Part shown: positions 1-13,986 of the stretch, in pieces
Layout of the letters: every line of letters starts with the position of its first letter
How positions within the stretch are numbered: position 1 is the stretch's first letter
NCBI GenBank assembly: GCA_040954595.2
Contig: CM082584.2
Span: 3,600,110-3,664,109 of the forward strand
Direction: 5' to 3'
DNA length: 64,000 bases
Source of the DNA: Balanoglossus misakiensis
Lineage: Eukaryota; Animalia; Hemichordata
The notes under the pieces: generated by a model
Databases searched by the model: none
What the model saw: the letters and a program-made list of their open reading frames with translations, nothing else
Told to the model about the DNA's origin: nothing
Translations under genes and position numbers: made by a program

Positions 1-3000
1 AAATTTTCTTTATGTACCATCATTATACCTGCAAACGTCATTTTTCAACAATAGTGGTGCATTTCCAAACCGTGTACTGAGGCCACAAAATGCATCACTG
101 AGAATGATGCGTCCGTACACCACTCTTTCCAATTATATCAATACATCATATGCGTATATATTACACCACCGTCTATGTCGGCATCGTAGGTTGCTCCAAT
201 TTTTAGGATACACTCCTAAAATTCACAGGAACTGATTAGGGCTTTTTCTGGCATGTCCTGTCAAATGGACATTATTTATTGCTGTGAGTAATGTCGCATT
301 TTATGCATACGCGCGAGCAGGTGTTATACTTTTCAGTTTGTCTGATGAATGTTATTAGCATTATGATTCTAATGTTGCAACATTTCCCTATTTTAGTGTC
401 CGCCAGCTCCGTGCGCTTTGAAGAGCAGGGTGAAGCGGTAGGCAAGGTAGGTTCAGCTTGTCTATGATAGCTGTGACGTGATTGTAGTCTGTGTAGTCTG
501 AGCATTTGCACGAACTCTGAACTCGTGACCTCATTATCTATATAACAGGTTTTGATGAAAAGCACAGTTTCAATGTTTAAGGCTGCGTTCGAATTCGCTC
601 GTGCACTCTGATTACACAGTGGCCTTAAGTCAACTTTGTTCCATTTTATCTTTATATTACCCACTGCCGTACATATGATTTATTACTTAGACCGGTAAAG
701 AGGGAGAACTCACCTATGCTGATTTGGATCTGTCTGGTAGCAACTTGGGAAAGGGGACTGAAGTAAAACCACCGCCAATGGAGACAACGGAGTACGCCTC
801 TCTCAAATTTTAATGCGTTAATCTCTGCATATATGTATATTTTACTGTTATAAATTTTCATAACACAGACACACCCATGTAATATGCAGCGAGTTGTTTA
901 TTGTACACTATTCGTGTCATCTACTCTCATAATTGAATTAAATGTCATGTATTTCATTTCTCAGCATATTTTGTTTAGTTAGCAAGTACTGTCATTTCAC
1001 TGTCTTTCATGTTTACATTTGAATATATAATGTCCCTATTTAGGTGTTCGCATATTGAGAAACAGAGAGGAAATAGTCACGGGTTTCAAGTTTGTTTAAG
1101 CTAGTTTCATACGAAATTTACATAGTATTTTCAGTGTCGATTAATTTATTTACAGCACGAACGAGAAAATGAAAAACCGAAATAAAAGTTAATATCACGT
1201 AGAAATACAACAAAACTCATTTTATTAATGAATAATTACATTAATTAACAGATCCAGATTTTTTTTAATTAAATACTAGAGTTATATCCCTTTTTGATTC
1301 CAAACAGGTCATACACGTTTCGGTCTGAATTTGGCTATTTGAGTAAATTAATGCGAAAGGTGTACATTTCGAATTCGTCTTTATATAAGTCATGATTTGT
1401 TTAGTTTATAATTAATTTAGTGTAAGCTATGTGGGACGGATAATCTAGTTAAGAAATTGTGCATATTTTTGTGCGCTTTTAATTTGTTTGCAGGTATATA
1501 TTTATTCAGAAACGTTGGACTCATTTCAGTCAGGCCAACCTGTTTTACCGATCATTTATTGGCAAATTTCGATAGGAATATTAGTTGTTTTTGAAGTACC
1601 AACTACTGATAATTATCGACATGTTTATTCTGTGAACTGTGCAGCGTGCTCATGATATCAATGTCCGCTTCTCATGCAATGTCACTTTACCCAGGAATAC
1701 TGTTTTTTCTATGTTATCTTGTGGAGATAGTTGTTATCAGAATGTAAACAGGTCAAAGTTTGTTACGAGACAGAATTCCGTCGTTTGGGTGTACATATCA
1801 TAGAATCGGTGCCAAGTGTTCGACAATAAAATAATTTATAGAATTTTGAATCCTGTGAGCAGATGATTGTTTATTGGTACAAAAATGCAACACATATATG
1901 TACACATGCGTGGATAGGAACCGTTTAATTAAAAAGCGCACAAGTCGCAGCGAAATGAATGTGGGGATAGACAGGCAAACACGGACAGAAAGAAACAAGA
2001 CACATAGACCGACACGAGAAGGGAAGACGGGACCGGCAGAAGAAACAAATAAAATGCGCATACCCCAGCTGACCTAGCATAAGTCGCACAGACATGTAGT
2101 GATTAGAAACATGATGAAAACTTAGAATTGAATGAGTTCAACATAGTTATATTCACACACCAGATGGTCATGTTGCCCAGTGTGGAAATCATTAGAGTGA
2201 TTGATCATATGGCTGGTCCATATATATCTGCGTGACTGTTTAAGCTGTTGACTTATTTAATATTTCTCTTTGGATCAGTGAATGACCCACACCCTATAAT
2301 CAAATAGCATATCACACACACACATACACACACATGTTGAATGCGTGGAATTGCCCGTTCCTCGAATTGTAACATCCTTATGTAATGTCAAATTCGCAAC
2401 GAAAAATAAGAAACCACTTCGTGTAAGTTGAAGTGCTTGGATGAAAGGTTTTCTATACGTCAACGCCTACACAAACATAACAATAATTGTGTGGTTGTCA
2501 TAATTTAATAACGTTCTGTTCAGTGTCTAAAACTCGTGTTGAAAACAAGGTGGCCAGGCAGGACATTGGCGATGCCAATGGTGGTTAGCTACGCCCCAAA
2601 CAGTAAGACCAGCTCTAATCCGATAAAATCAGGGTGATTTATTAAAGCACCGTGCCAGGTCTGTGTTGACACACACGTCGATATTATCGACATCCTGTGC
2701 ATTTCCCGGAGCAAAGTTTACTGCGAGCCTTGCTTAGGTCTCCAAACATCGGGCCTTATCGTACAGTAGACCGATAAATATATTTACTTTGTGCTATTTC
2801 GTCACTCTGTGCAGCGATAAGGTTAAACGAGTTTAACCTGCACAATTTTACAGATACGTAATTGGATTTCGTCGTGCCATTCCTCGTGTATATGGATTGT
2901 GGAATTTTGTTTAAAATTTAATCTTAATATTGAAGAGATAAACGCCACATTGTCAGATTCCAAACCATTGCGGAATCAACTATTGTATGCAATAATTAGT

Positions 3001-5894
3001 ATTTCACACGTAGTGAATAAATATTTATGATATTGAATACATTCAAGTGACGACAATCTCGAGAGAATTCCGTTGAAATATTTGCCACATGTTTGTAATT
3101 TGGTTAGTAGGAAACAAATTCCCGCATTGTCAGACTTAGCTGCACAAGAATGAGGAACATCTTTCTACAGAAAAAAGTGCCGCGGACGTGGTCGGTCAGC
3201 GAGCGCGCATCGATGACGTCATGTCAGCAAAAAAGTCGCGTGGCAAATACAACAATATGTCAGGATGTGCATCTGGGGAAATGTGTGCATTTCCCCTTGG
3301 CTTATGGTTGTTATTGTATAACAGCGTCGTGATTTCACGACATGCATTCTGTGGGCAAAGGATCTGTTCCAGATTATGGATTATAAATAAAGGTCAATCC
3401 ATGAAAGGTTATAGACAATGGTGTCCCTCACGAAGAGGTTGTTCGTGCTTTTAGGTGGCAACGGGTATCACACACGACTTTATTTAAGACAATTATGAGA
3501 ACGGGTAGCGAAACTTTTCCATTGAAACCAGGCAAAAGTTTCGGGTACGACAAGCTCATCATACTTCAAACGGTACATTACGGTACCACGCAGATATGGT
3601 GGTACAAAGTACCATCGTTCTGATTATGGAAAATTTCAAAAGTTCTGTACTTTTTCGTCGGGCCACACACACTCACTAGGTGTATCTTTAATCATGATGG
3701 TCTTTGCACCGCTATCATTTTACCCCCCCCCCCCCTCTCAGTATCAGCAAGAAGGTTGGCCTCAACAGAGCAATTAACGTCATATTGTAGCTGACCTTTG
3801 ATAATCCTCGCGTCACTGGGTCCGGTTCGTTGATGTAGTTTATATGTAGAGTAGCATTTGAGAGATTGAAATCAATTGTACAGCGTTGTGAACTTTGCGG
3901 TATGAGAACAATTTCTGTCGAAGATATATATTTATTTGCTCTCCTTCCCTCTCTCTCCCTTCTGCCCTCCCTCCCCCACCTTCCCCTCTTCTCTCACCAC
4001 CCCCTTTCTCATCGATTGGGAACCACAATTTTGGAAATATGTCGTTACTATAAATCGGTATTTATTCTTAACTGACCTGGACTCCATGATGGTTACACAT
4101 CAAACAACGTCGATTATATTAAAACGTGTTTATGTGCTCGAATAACTTCCATTTTAAACGCATCCCAGTGTACAAGGGGAGCAAAATCACCAATCAGTCA
4201 AAACACATTATATTCAATCAATCAAAAATACGTCGTTCCTTCAAGTAGAATAGCTGAAGCCACAATTTGACAGATATACCAGTGAGATAATCTTAGAGAT
4301 TCTGGAATGAGGAAACAGGGCAAAGGTCATGCAGTGTGGCACGACGCTGCACGGTCACGGAGTTATTGATATCTCAGTTACGTTATTCATTAATCTGGTG
4401 AATATTCCATTCAGCTAAACGAAAACAATATGTATATTACATGAACGTTGGTGGCACCCTTTTGTGCTCGGTCAGTTAAAAACAAGACTAAGTCTAACAG
4501 ACGACGGTTTGGCTTCCACGGTATGCACAAACGGCACATTGATATTAAAAAGCAGGCGAGAATTTTGATTATGTGCGCTGGATTTTATTATTTACCTTAA
4601 TTTAACTGTCCATAAGAAACAAGAAACGTCAGAACAAACCTGTCGAAGTACACTGATATAGATAATATGGGTGCTGCATGACATTATGTTCACGCATTTT
4701 AACCCGTATGACATATTTTCCACACATGACAATGCAAGAGAAATGATGCCGTTAATCACATGAAGAGTCGAAGTTTGCATTGCCTATATAAAATAAAGAC
4801 GTTGTGCTGTTTATACCTTCAAAAGACTTTTACTTGATTTAGCTTTATATCACACCTTCTGTTTTAATTTTGTTAATTCTTGGTAAACCGACAATGCAGT
4901 GTAGTTATCACAGCCTGGGTGATCGATAGATTTTCATATCTGAAAACGAAAGAAGTTCCCGAGCTTTGCCCGGCGGTTGTGAGCGCGCCCCCAAACGATA
5001 TTGGTAACGAAATCTGCATTTTTCGTCGCATTTTTCGAGCTGAGGTATTGTACTCAACTCGACGTGCGAGGCGCTGTTACAGTCCATAAATTTACCATCG
5101 GAGGTCGTCCCTCGTGGATGACTGATGTCCAAATCAGTCGTGACAGGAAGGGGAAAATGTAACGATGTCAACCTCAGGTAAGTCAATTTGATAAGAATAC
5201 AAGTTCTTGATCGGTTTAAACGCATGGTTTGGTACATAACGCTTTCATGAAACCCCGGTGAGGGCTTTAAAACAATCTCGATTGAACGTCATAGCTCTAA
5301 AACGCATGTCACATTGTCGCCGTGAACAGCTAAATTTAAACGCTCATTTATAGGCATAGGCCTATATAGCTCAACCCAGCGGTGTTACAAAGCACAAGCT
5401 AACCGATATCGAATAGTAAGCAAAACGATAAAGACTCTGTTTTAGAAAGAAACACTAGCGATTTTATACATTGAAAACTATACCCTGATATTTTAATGTC
5501 AGTTTAAAAACAAATGAACGATGCAAATGTATTTCTATGGCTATTGGCCGTGTGTGTGGCCAAAGGATAGACATCGACTGAAAGTCGCTTCTGCCTACTT
5601 TGGCCAAAATTATCACTGACGCGCTTGCAAAAGCGAGGTTTACTCATCGCTTCTGGCGAATATCGAGCAACGCCTCAGCAACAGGGCCCGTACGCCACGT
5701 CACGGCGCTATGGAGTTACTACTCCGGCACTAAGCTGTTACACCAGTACATGTTTCCAAAAATAGTTTGCGTCAATGGGTGATTATTGGTAGCATCATTA
5801 CTTTGAAATTTAAATTTAACATCGTATCCAATAATCGAAAGTGTGCAGCTTATATTCATTATATTTTAAGGTAATTGCTTATTTGCAAAATCGG

Positions 5895-5964
<70 letters not shown>
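5895..5964. repeat. (ATTT)n microsatellite
   Basis: Directly visible tandem run. Confidence 0.95.
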
Positions 5965-5965
<1 letters not shown>

Positions 5966-6225
5966 TATTATCATATTGAGACGTATTTTATGTGTCCTTC
6001 CGTGCAGTCCTTCAATGAACGACGAACACAAATGCAGGTAGACAATCACAACACAGAGCTAGGCACATTTACATGCAATAACACATCCACCAATCACCAA
6101 GGCAAGTCAAGTCACAAAGGACAAAATAATAATAAAAAAGACATCTATCATTTACGCATACATACAGTACACAACCATGGATGCACAATATATGCATATC
6201 TATTCCGGACACAAATGATGCCACA

Positions 6226-9200
6226 ATGATCACTGTTCTGAATTCGCATCCCACAGATAGCCTGACACTGCAGGTCATACTCGGTGTTATCTTCATAACA
6301 CAAGCCAGAATTTCAGGTATATATATTATATTTTGTGTTTTGGGTAATATCTCGAGTTTCTCGTGTACACCGGGTGATTGCTATCACAAATATCCTACAG
6401 TGCCCTCACGCATGTAAGATTTGTATAAACAAGGCTTATACCAGTTCATGTCATGAATATCGTATAATATATAGACACAGTCAAACGTGTGTTAGTGGCC
6501 AACCTCTGTACAGTGGTCACTTTGTTAGAGTCCCTGTACAATTTACATAGGCCAAGGTTCTATGAAGACCAGTTTAGGAAGTCCCTCGACTGACCACTAT
6601 ATACAGGTTTGATTGTATTGTGTGATATTTCCATGCATCCGTGTCCGTGTATTAGCCTCGCTTTCCTTCGCGGAAGAACCAGTTGACACGATCAGAATCG
6701 AGGGCGATGACGTCAGGTTGAACTGCACCTTGGAAGGCTGGACTTCGGAACCCCTGCTGTGGTCCAAGGAGGATCCCGGCGGTTATGGAATTTCGTTTAA
6801 GGATGAAGTGTTCCTGCCAGGCCACTACCTGGTCGACGAATACGGGACGGGTGCCTACAGTCTGGGGATTGTGAATGCAACTTTCGAAAACGATGGGGTG
6901 TACACGTGTGGGGTCTTCACAGCGCCAAAGCTGACATCGTCCGCTGCTCTGTTTCTTATGGGTGAGTTGAATAAGAAATGTCATGTTCCATGAGTCTACG
7001 CTTACCTTAAGCACTCACCTCACTCACTCGCTCGCTCACCCACTCACTCACTCTGGCATCCATCCATCCATCCGTCTATCCATCCATCCATCCGTCTATT
7101 CATCTATATATTTTTGGCAATAAATGTATTGTGTATGAGTAGAGGATTTCACTTACCCCATTTGCAGATGAACTTCCTGAATGCAGTGTGGAACCCGGAT
7201 CCGTCGTCAAAGCCGGAGACAATACAACATTCAACTGTTCCATCAACAAGGCAGTGCCACCGGGTGAATTGGTTTGGCGACTGAACGGTGACCGAGTCGC
7301 TAGCGAGGGAAATTCTTTGACCCACGAATGGACGGCGTCTTTTGACCGGACGCAAAATGGCTCCATGATGGCCTGCGCGTTGGAATATTTTACCTTGTCG
7401 GAGCCCCTACCCTGCCAAAATATCTTGATGGAAGTACAATGTAAGAATATCCCCGTTTATTCGCTGGTTTCTCGTATTAGTGCGACCATGAATGAAGTCC
7501 TTTACTGCAGACTGAACCTCGGAAGAACTGGGTTCACGTTTAATGGCCAAATATTTGTTTTGATAACTTAAGTGACAAATAATCACAAAATTCCTCAAAT
7601 CGATGTGACTTTATTATTTCATGGATGTTAATACCAACCTATAAATATATAGATAGAAGACAACCTTTATGAATGTTCAACTTGTAAAATCCACATTTAG
7701 CTTTGTTTCAACAATTTCAGACGATCCATTGGTGAACATCGAAATCACCGGCGATGCTAGCTCTGACGGGAAGGTCATCCAGGGTGACTCGTTCACCGCA
7801 GAATGTGTGGTCACTGACTCCAACCCGGAACCCGACACAATCACGTGGTTTGACGATGATGGAAACGCTGTCGGATCTAACGGACACCTGATAATGCTAG
7901 AAATCGATCGCAGTCAGACAGATAGTAATTATACATGCACGGCGAGCAATGCGTTTTATGATGGCAGTCACGGAACTGGGTCGGCCGTGCTAAGTATAGA
8001 CGTGCAGTGTAAGTAGTAAGGTTATCTCTTTAAATAGCTCAGACTCCCATCTGTACAGTTATTAACGGCGATTTCCGAGTCTCTACTTGCCTGCATTTGA
8101 ACCGTCCAAAATAAATGTAATCACACGGGGTGTGTCGACACCAACATATCAAGTCGTTTGGCATAGAACGCATGCAGATTGCATGCATATTATGTGTACA
8201 CTAAGGTCAAGTGGTCGTTGGACTATTGACAAGACCACTCAGTCAGACAATACAGCAGATGATACCACAACTTGATTTTAAGATTTATGTTATTTGGATA
8301 CAAAGCTTATACTATTTATCAATATATGAGGCATGAAATTTCACCAATGCAAGAGTATATTATATGTTGCGACCAGAACAAAGGCTTAGGTAATTTTTTC
8401 TCTACTGTTTATATGTCCTCTCCTATCAAATTCCTCCATTCCTATCAGATCTGGCCACTGTCGGTATCCTTGACGAAAGTAACGGTACGGTTGTTGAAGG
8501 CGATACATACCAGGCAATCTGCGTCGCGGACGCTAACCCTATCCCAGAGTTCACCTGGATCGGTCCTGGTGACCGTGTTATCAGCAATGATGAATCACTA
8601 ACGATCCATAATGTAGAACGAAACTTCGGTGGTGCATATGTCTGTTGTGCGAACGTAACGTTCTGGGATTCGTCGGTTCAATATTCCAATACATCAATGA
8701 TGTTAAATATCCAGTGTAAGTTTAACATTAACCTAATCAATGCTTATGTTTGTCATTCACTTCATTACACAAATCAATCGGTCGGATATGAATAGAGGGA
8801 AAAGGGCTATTCAATTAGGCCGATTTACATGTTAATGCACATAAATATTTAATTTGTCACATGCAACATATGCATGTGTTCATGACAGAAACGCCACTAT
8901 TTTGAATAACACGTAGATTACATGTATAGCTCACGACGGTCGTGTACTTCGTGTTCGCTTGCAACCAATAGTTTATATGATATTAAACACGACTGGCTAG
9001 ATATGCTTGCAAACAATAATCGCGAAGTATACTGTCTTAGCAAAAATATTCTTTGTTGTATTTACCCAAGATGCACCTATTGTAATCGCAAATATAACTG
9101 GAAACGCAAACACAGACGGCAAGGTTATTGAAGGGAAATCATTCGTCGCCGAGTGCGTGGTCTTAGATAACAATCCACAGCATGACCATGTGGTTTGGAA

Positions 9201-9412
9201 AGACGACGAAGCAAATGTTATCGGTTCGCGAAGATGGTTGGAATTTGATACTATTGGCAGCGGTAGGACAGGTACCTATACATGTACAGCCAGCAACACT
9301 TTCTGGGATGGACGCCGTGGAAACGGTTCAACAGCTGTTACAATAGACGTCCAATGTAAGCATTCCCCAGTAGTAGCATGGTGATGGTATGGTGGTGGTG
9401 GTGGAGATGGAA

Positions 9413-9485
<73 letters not shown>

Positions 9486-12400
9486 CTGTGATATTTTTTG
9501 CCTCACATGTATATTACTGATAAAATATGTGCAAGTAAGTTAATATAAAGGTCAAGTTGGTAAAACACAAAACGATGTAACTTCCACAACATGAATCATT
9601 TTCCTGTTACTGCATTAGATTTGCGAAACGTAACAATTACAGGCGAGAGTGGTGGTCGGGCGATAGAAGGGAACCAGTTCCTTGCCCACTGCATGTCTGA
9701 TTCCAATCCCGATGCCAACTTCGCATGGTACGATTCTGACAGCGTGCTTATTGCCACTGGACCGACCCTCCTGTTGGACAACGTACAGAGGGAAGATGGT
9801 GGATTGTACTGGTGTCAGGCGGAGGTCACGTTTTGGGATATGACCTCACAGTCTCTGCGTGCATCTATTGAATTAGACGTCCAGTGTGAGTACAGTGTGT
9901 CATAAATGTAGAATCTGTATGTTGAGGGAAAACATCCTCCTGTTTTGTAAAAGTTTGGTGATGTCGTAAGTCTTACAGTCTGCATTGACATTTCAGATAA
10001 TAATTTAGTCGCCAGAGGAATCAATTTTGGTTATGTGGACGTTTGTACTTTAGAAAACCTGTTGCTCATAATGCCTGGGCGTGTTGTCACCAGCCATGCA
10101 GGCTATATGAGTATGAAAAAAAAATGTCATGTGTGTTAACTTGATTCTTCATGCTTGCAACCATGCTGACGTACTCCTTACTTAAATGATGTCTTTGAAA
10201 CGATAACGGCATTCACTGTATGTTTAAATTAGCAGGAAAACAATAATTTAACTGTGTCGCGTTTCATTTATTTTCACCTCCATTCGCAAATATGTCACCT
10301 GGCTTACAATTAATGTTGGATTTTTTTTCATCGTTTCAGATACGTCTGAGGTCGTCGTTTACGACGAAAGTGGCGGAAAAGTCATAGAAGGGGACCAATT
10401 TTACGCCAATTGTTCGGTGGACGCCAACCCTGAAGCCGCTGTTGTCTGGTTGACGCCCAGTGGAGAGGAGACAGAGAATGGCGTGCTTGGCATCGAGCAA
10501 GCCCAGCGAAGCGACGCTGGTTCCTACACGTGTAAGGCAAACACCGTTTACTGGGATGGCAGTGTTGGGAGTACAGAGGCTGTGGTGTACCTGGACGTGC
10601 AGTGTGAGTATTAAACAGTAACTAGGCAATGATTAACGCGCCTGCACTGATCTGAAACAACACATGCCAACCCAATAAACGCATGTGTAAATAAAAGATG
10701 TTGCATAGAACAATTTGTCGATGAAAAATGGATCAAAGCCTGAAAGCAATCAACATCTATCATCGATAAAAACAATTACGACAGCTAGAAACCATAATCC
10801 TTTGCATAAACGAAAGTAAAGCATACGATCGGTTATAGTTACTTTCTCAAAGAGGAACAAAAATGGTCGTTGCCATCAATACTTATCCAAAACAAACGAC
10901 ACTGATACTGTTTTTATGACTGCCAATAAATAATCATCTGCTGGTCGGAGTATGCAACATACCACTTTGAAGTTAGAATGTGCAGGGAACGGCGTTTTAA
11001 ATTAGAATTTTCAACTTTTCAGAGCGATCACACATCATCACTTTTTCTCTCATTTTCAGATTCACCGAGTGTTACAATAACTGACATCTCCGGTGGTAGG
11101 GTGGTCGAGGGGGAACAGTATCACGCATTTTGCGTGGCCCGCGCCAATCCTACCCCAGATGTCGCGTGGTTTAATCCACGTAGTGACGTTGTCGGCGCTG
11201 GTCCCTCACTCGTGATCGGCAACGTCAGCAGAGAGGATGCTGGGATGTACAGATGCCAGGCCAACAACACATTCTGGGACGCGTCACCAGGTCGAGACAA
11301 CGACACCATAGAGATTGAAGTCCAATGTGAGTCACCATGTTGTTTGTAGATTTTAGAAGTCGTTTGTCTAATTGAGCTCTCTGAAACCGGTAAATTCTTT
11401 ACCGACAGCAACAAATTCTGCACTGCCACCAATGTCAAGTTATTTCGTTTTGAAATAGCATTGCTAAACAATATATTTGTCGTTCAGTTTGAATGTTGTC
11501 CCAATGCGTCACAATACATGTGTATCTAACCATCGCCACTCTCGTGCATAGAGGAGTCCGGACTCCCTGTGCATCTTAGGCCATCGAATCGTTTGTCTTT
11601 TTAAACTTGCTACAATATTCCTTGCTATAACTTTGTGTGTTTCCAGATCTGTCCGACACCGTTGTCTACTTTGAAAATAGCGGCACGGTCATCGAAGGTC
11701 GGCCATATTATGCAAATTGCTCAGCTGATGCCAATCCTGCCGCTATCATCACCTGGGTTACGCCAGGCGGCAACAGGCGTCAAGGAGACCAGTTACAGAT
11801 AACAGATACGCGACGAACTGACGCTGGTAACTACACGTGTGAGAGCGAAACGGTTTACTGGGATGGGCGGAGTGCCAAGCAACAATTCACAAGACACTTG
11901 GACGTACAATGTGAGTTCTTTTCCACTTTATTTTCACCAGGAAATTATTATTCGATCAATACTCATAGCACTGCAACACGCCAATCACTGTTTTGCTATT
12001 TAATTCATGCTAATGCAGATTCACCTGTCGTCGAGGAACTCCAAGTCCGATGCAAAGAGAGCGAAGCTGTAACACTACCCTGCACAGCTGACTCCAACCC
12101 TGAACCGCACGCGTACTCTTGGACCAGAAATGCAGTTCTCGTCTCGGTCCAGCAAGCTCTGACTATCGAGCTCTCGAATCGATCAGACGCCGGGGACTAC
12201 ATCTGCACTGCGACCAACACATTCCATGACGTCACCCAGGGCATAGGTCACGCCACAGTTGAACTTGTGGTTGAATGTAAGTTGATGAAACTGCTTCTTA
12301 TGTATGAACCCACACATTTAACAGTTGCTCCGATAATGACATTTTGCAATAATTATCCATTTTCAATATTATGACTGTGTGTCTATTACTAGTATTGCAA

Positions 12401-13986
12401 ATCATTTTGCAAAATGTACCATGTGCACAAAAGACTGGTTTATGGTGTACACATAACCCACGTAGTGATGTAACTTATTTTTCATAGATTTACCAAATGT
12501 GAACATGACAGTGTATCCACAGTCGACGGTAACAGAAGGGGACGATGTTAGCATCCACTGCCAATATAACGGTGGAATTCCTGAACCCTACCGACTGGCT
12601 TTGATCTTTGACTCCAACGTTCTGGCTGAAGAGGGAGGCAACCCTCTGCGTTACAATATTCTCGAAGCAGACCGGTCGCAAAGCGGTACTTACATGTGTC
12701 GTACTACGACACTGTTTTACGACGGCAGCGAAGAGTACTCTATCGAAAGTTTTCACATCACCCTTCAGTGTGAGTATATACTTTACATGTACACCCTTTA
12801 AGTGATCGACACACACCTTGTCAATTCACTAATGCATATTGCAATTCTAATTTTAAGTGTTACAATGTTACAAAGACACCAGAAAATACAAAAATGCACA
12901 CAACATTACAACTAATTCAGCCTCGATAAAATACCATAGGGTTGACAACCGTTTTTGAAGTTAGCGTTACATGCAATAATATTTAAAATTGTAGACCTAC
13001 ATCAAAATAACCCTTAAAGCTGGCTTTATCTTTCTTAAACATGTACTGCATTTCAGATTCTGCTAAAATTATTCCGGAAGACCTTTTCAAATATAAGGTG
13101 GAACAAGGAGACACGGTTACCCTTGACTGCAGCGCAGAGGGGGTACCAGCACCGGACGTGACGTGGTACGACCAGCATAATGACGTCATCTCCGGTGACG
13201 AAGAACACAGAAACATAACGAGAGTGGTAGATGGCGCGGTAATTACGAGCAGTCTTACGGTCACCGTTGCTGATGCATCCTACTACGGCACCTACACTTG
13301 CCAAGTTTCCAACTTGATACCGCCGGGCGATGCCCAGGAGTTCGAAATTAGGGTAACCGGAAGTGAGTGTTGAGTCAACGCGCCATTTTGTACAGATAAC
13401 TCCTAGAAACTCGGTGTTCTAGTTTCATCTTTTGTTGATGGAGAGTTGTTAGATAGAATCGTAGATTTAATTTTAATGTCTTTGCTAAGGCCTATTTTGG
13501 ACGAGAATCCTAGGTCAATGTCAAAATTCGTTAATTTGGAGTATCTGTCCCCTGATAACCTAGCCTTTACGTGATTTCGATCCTCAATTTTACAATCCGT
13601 GTTCTTTCTTACAGGTGACCTCAACATTGACATAATCCTGATTGTTTCTATCGGAGTTTTCCTTATGATTGTTATTTTCATAATAATCTGCGTTCTTCAA
13701 GAAAGACGAAAGAAAGGTGGCGCTAATCTCAATAGCAGTGAGGCAAGTTCATTTTATTTTGTATCGTTTTTGAATATACGTTTATGAAATTTTATGAATT
13801 TTATGCTCCTTGGTCTGTTACACTATTTGTTCTCAAATTATAGCTATAGCAACAATTCGCGTCTACGTCTACAATAAAAATATAATGTACTTAACATTAC
13901 AACAAATAAAATGTTTCACTCTATAGAAATGATTAAGTGTTTCTACTATTATTATTTCGTTTTCAGTTACACATTATGTAAGCAAG
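6226..13986 (+). CDS. Gene A: type I membrane IgSF receptor (signal peptide, 12 Ig domains, TM, short tail; 3' end uncertain)
   Basis: Exons bounded by AG/GT, all Ig junctions phase 1. Leader 6226-6316. V-type 6656-6961. Further Ig exons 7168-7440, 7721-8008, 8449-8715, 9071-9355, 9619-9885, 10340-10603, 11060-11326, 11647-11910, 12019-12276, 12488-12769, 13057-13362. TM exon 13615-~13737 (IILIVSIGVFLMIVIFIIICVL then RRKK). Micro-exon 13967-13986. Each Ig exon has the B-strand Cys, C-strand Trp and an F-strand Cys (mostly GxYxC). Confidence 0.88.
6478..6615. mobile_element. Tc1/mariner-type MITE in gene A intron 1
   Basis: Imperfect terminal inverted repeats cagtcaaacgtgtgttagtggcca ... tgaccactatatacaggtttgattg, with TA on the right side. 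Confidence 0.6.
9413..9483. repeat. (GAT)n microsatellite
   Basis: Directly visible. Confidence 0.95.

Noticed and set aside
272-664. ORF with NIETVLFIK, reminiscent of a hAT transposase dimerisation tail
   Set aside because: Only a few residues of similarity and no other transposase motifs or TIRs; cannot support.
6652-7014. Antisense ORFs overlapping Ig exons throughout the window
   Set aside because: Shadow frames of GC-richer coding exons with no independent motifs or splice logic.
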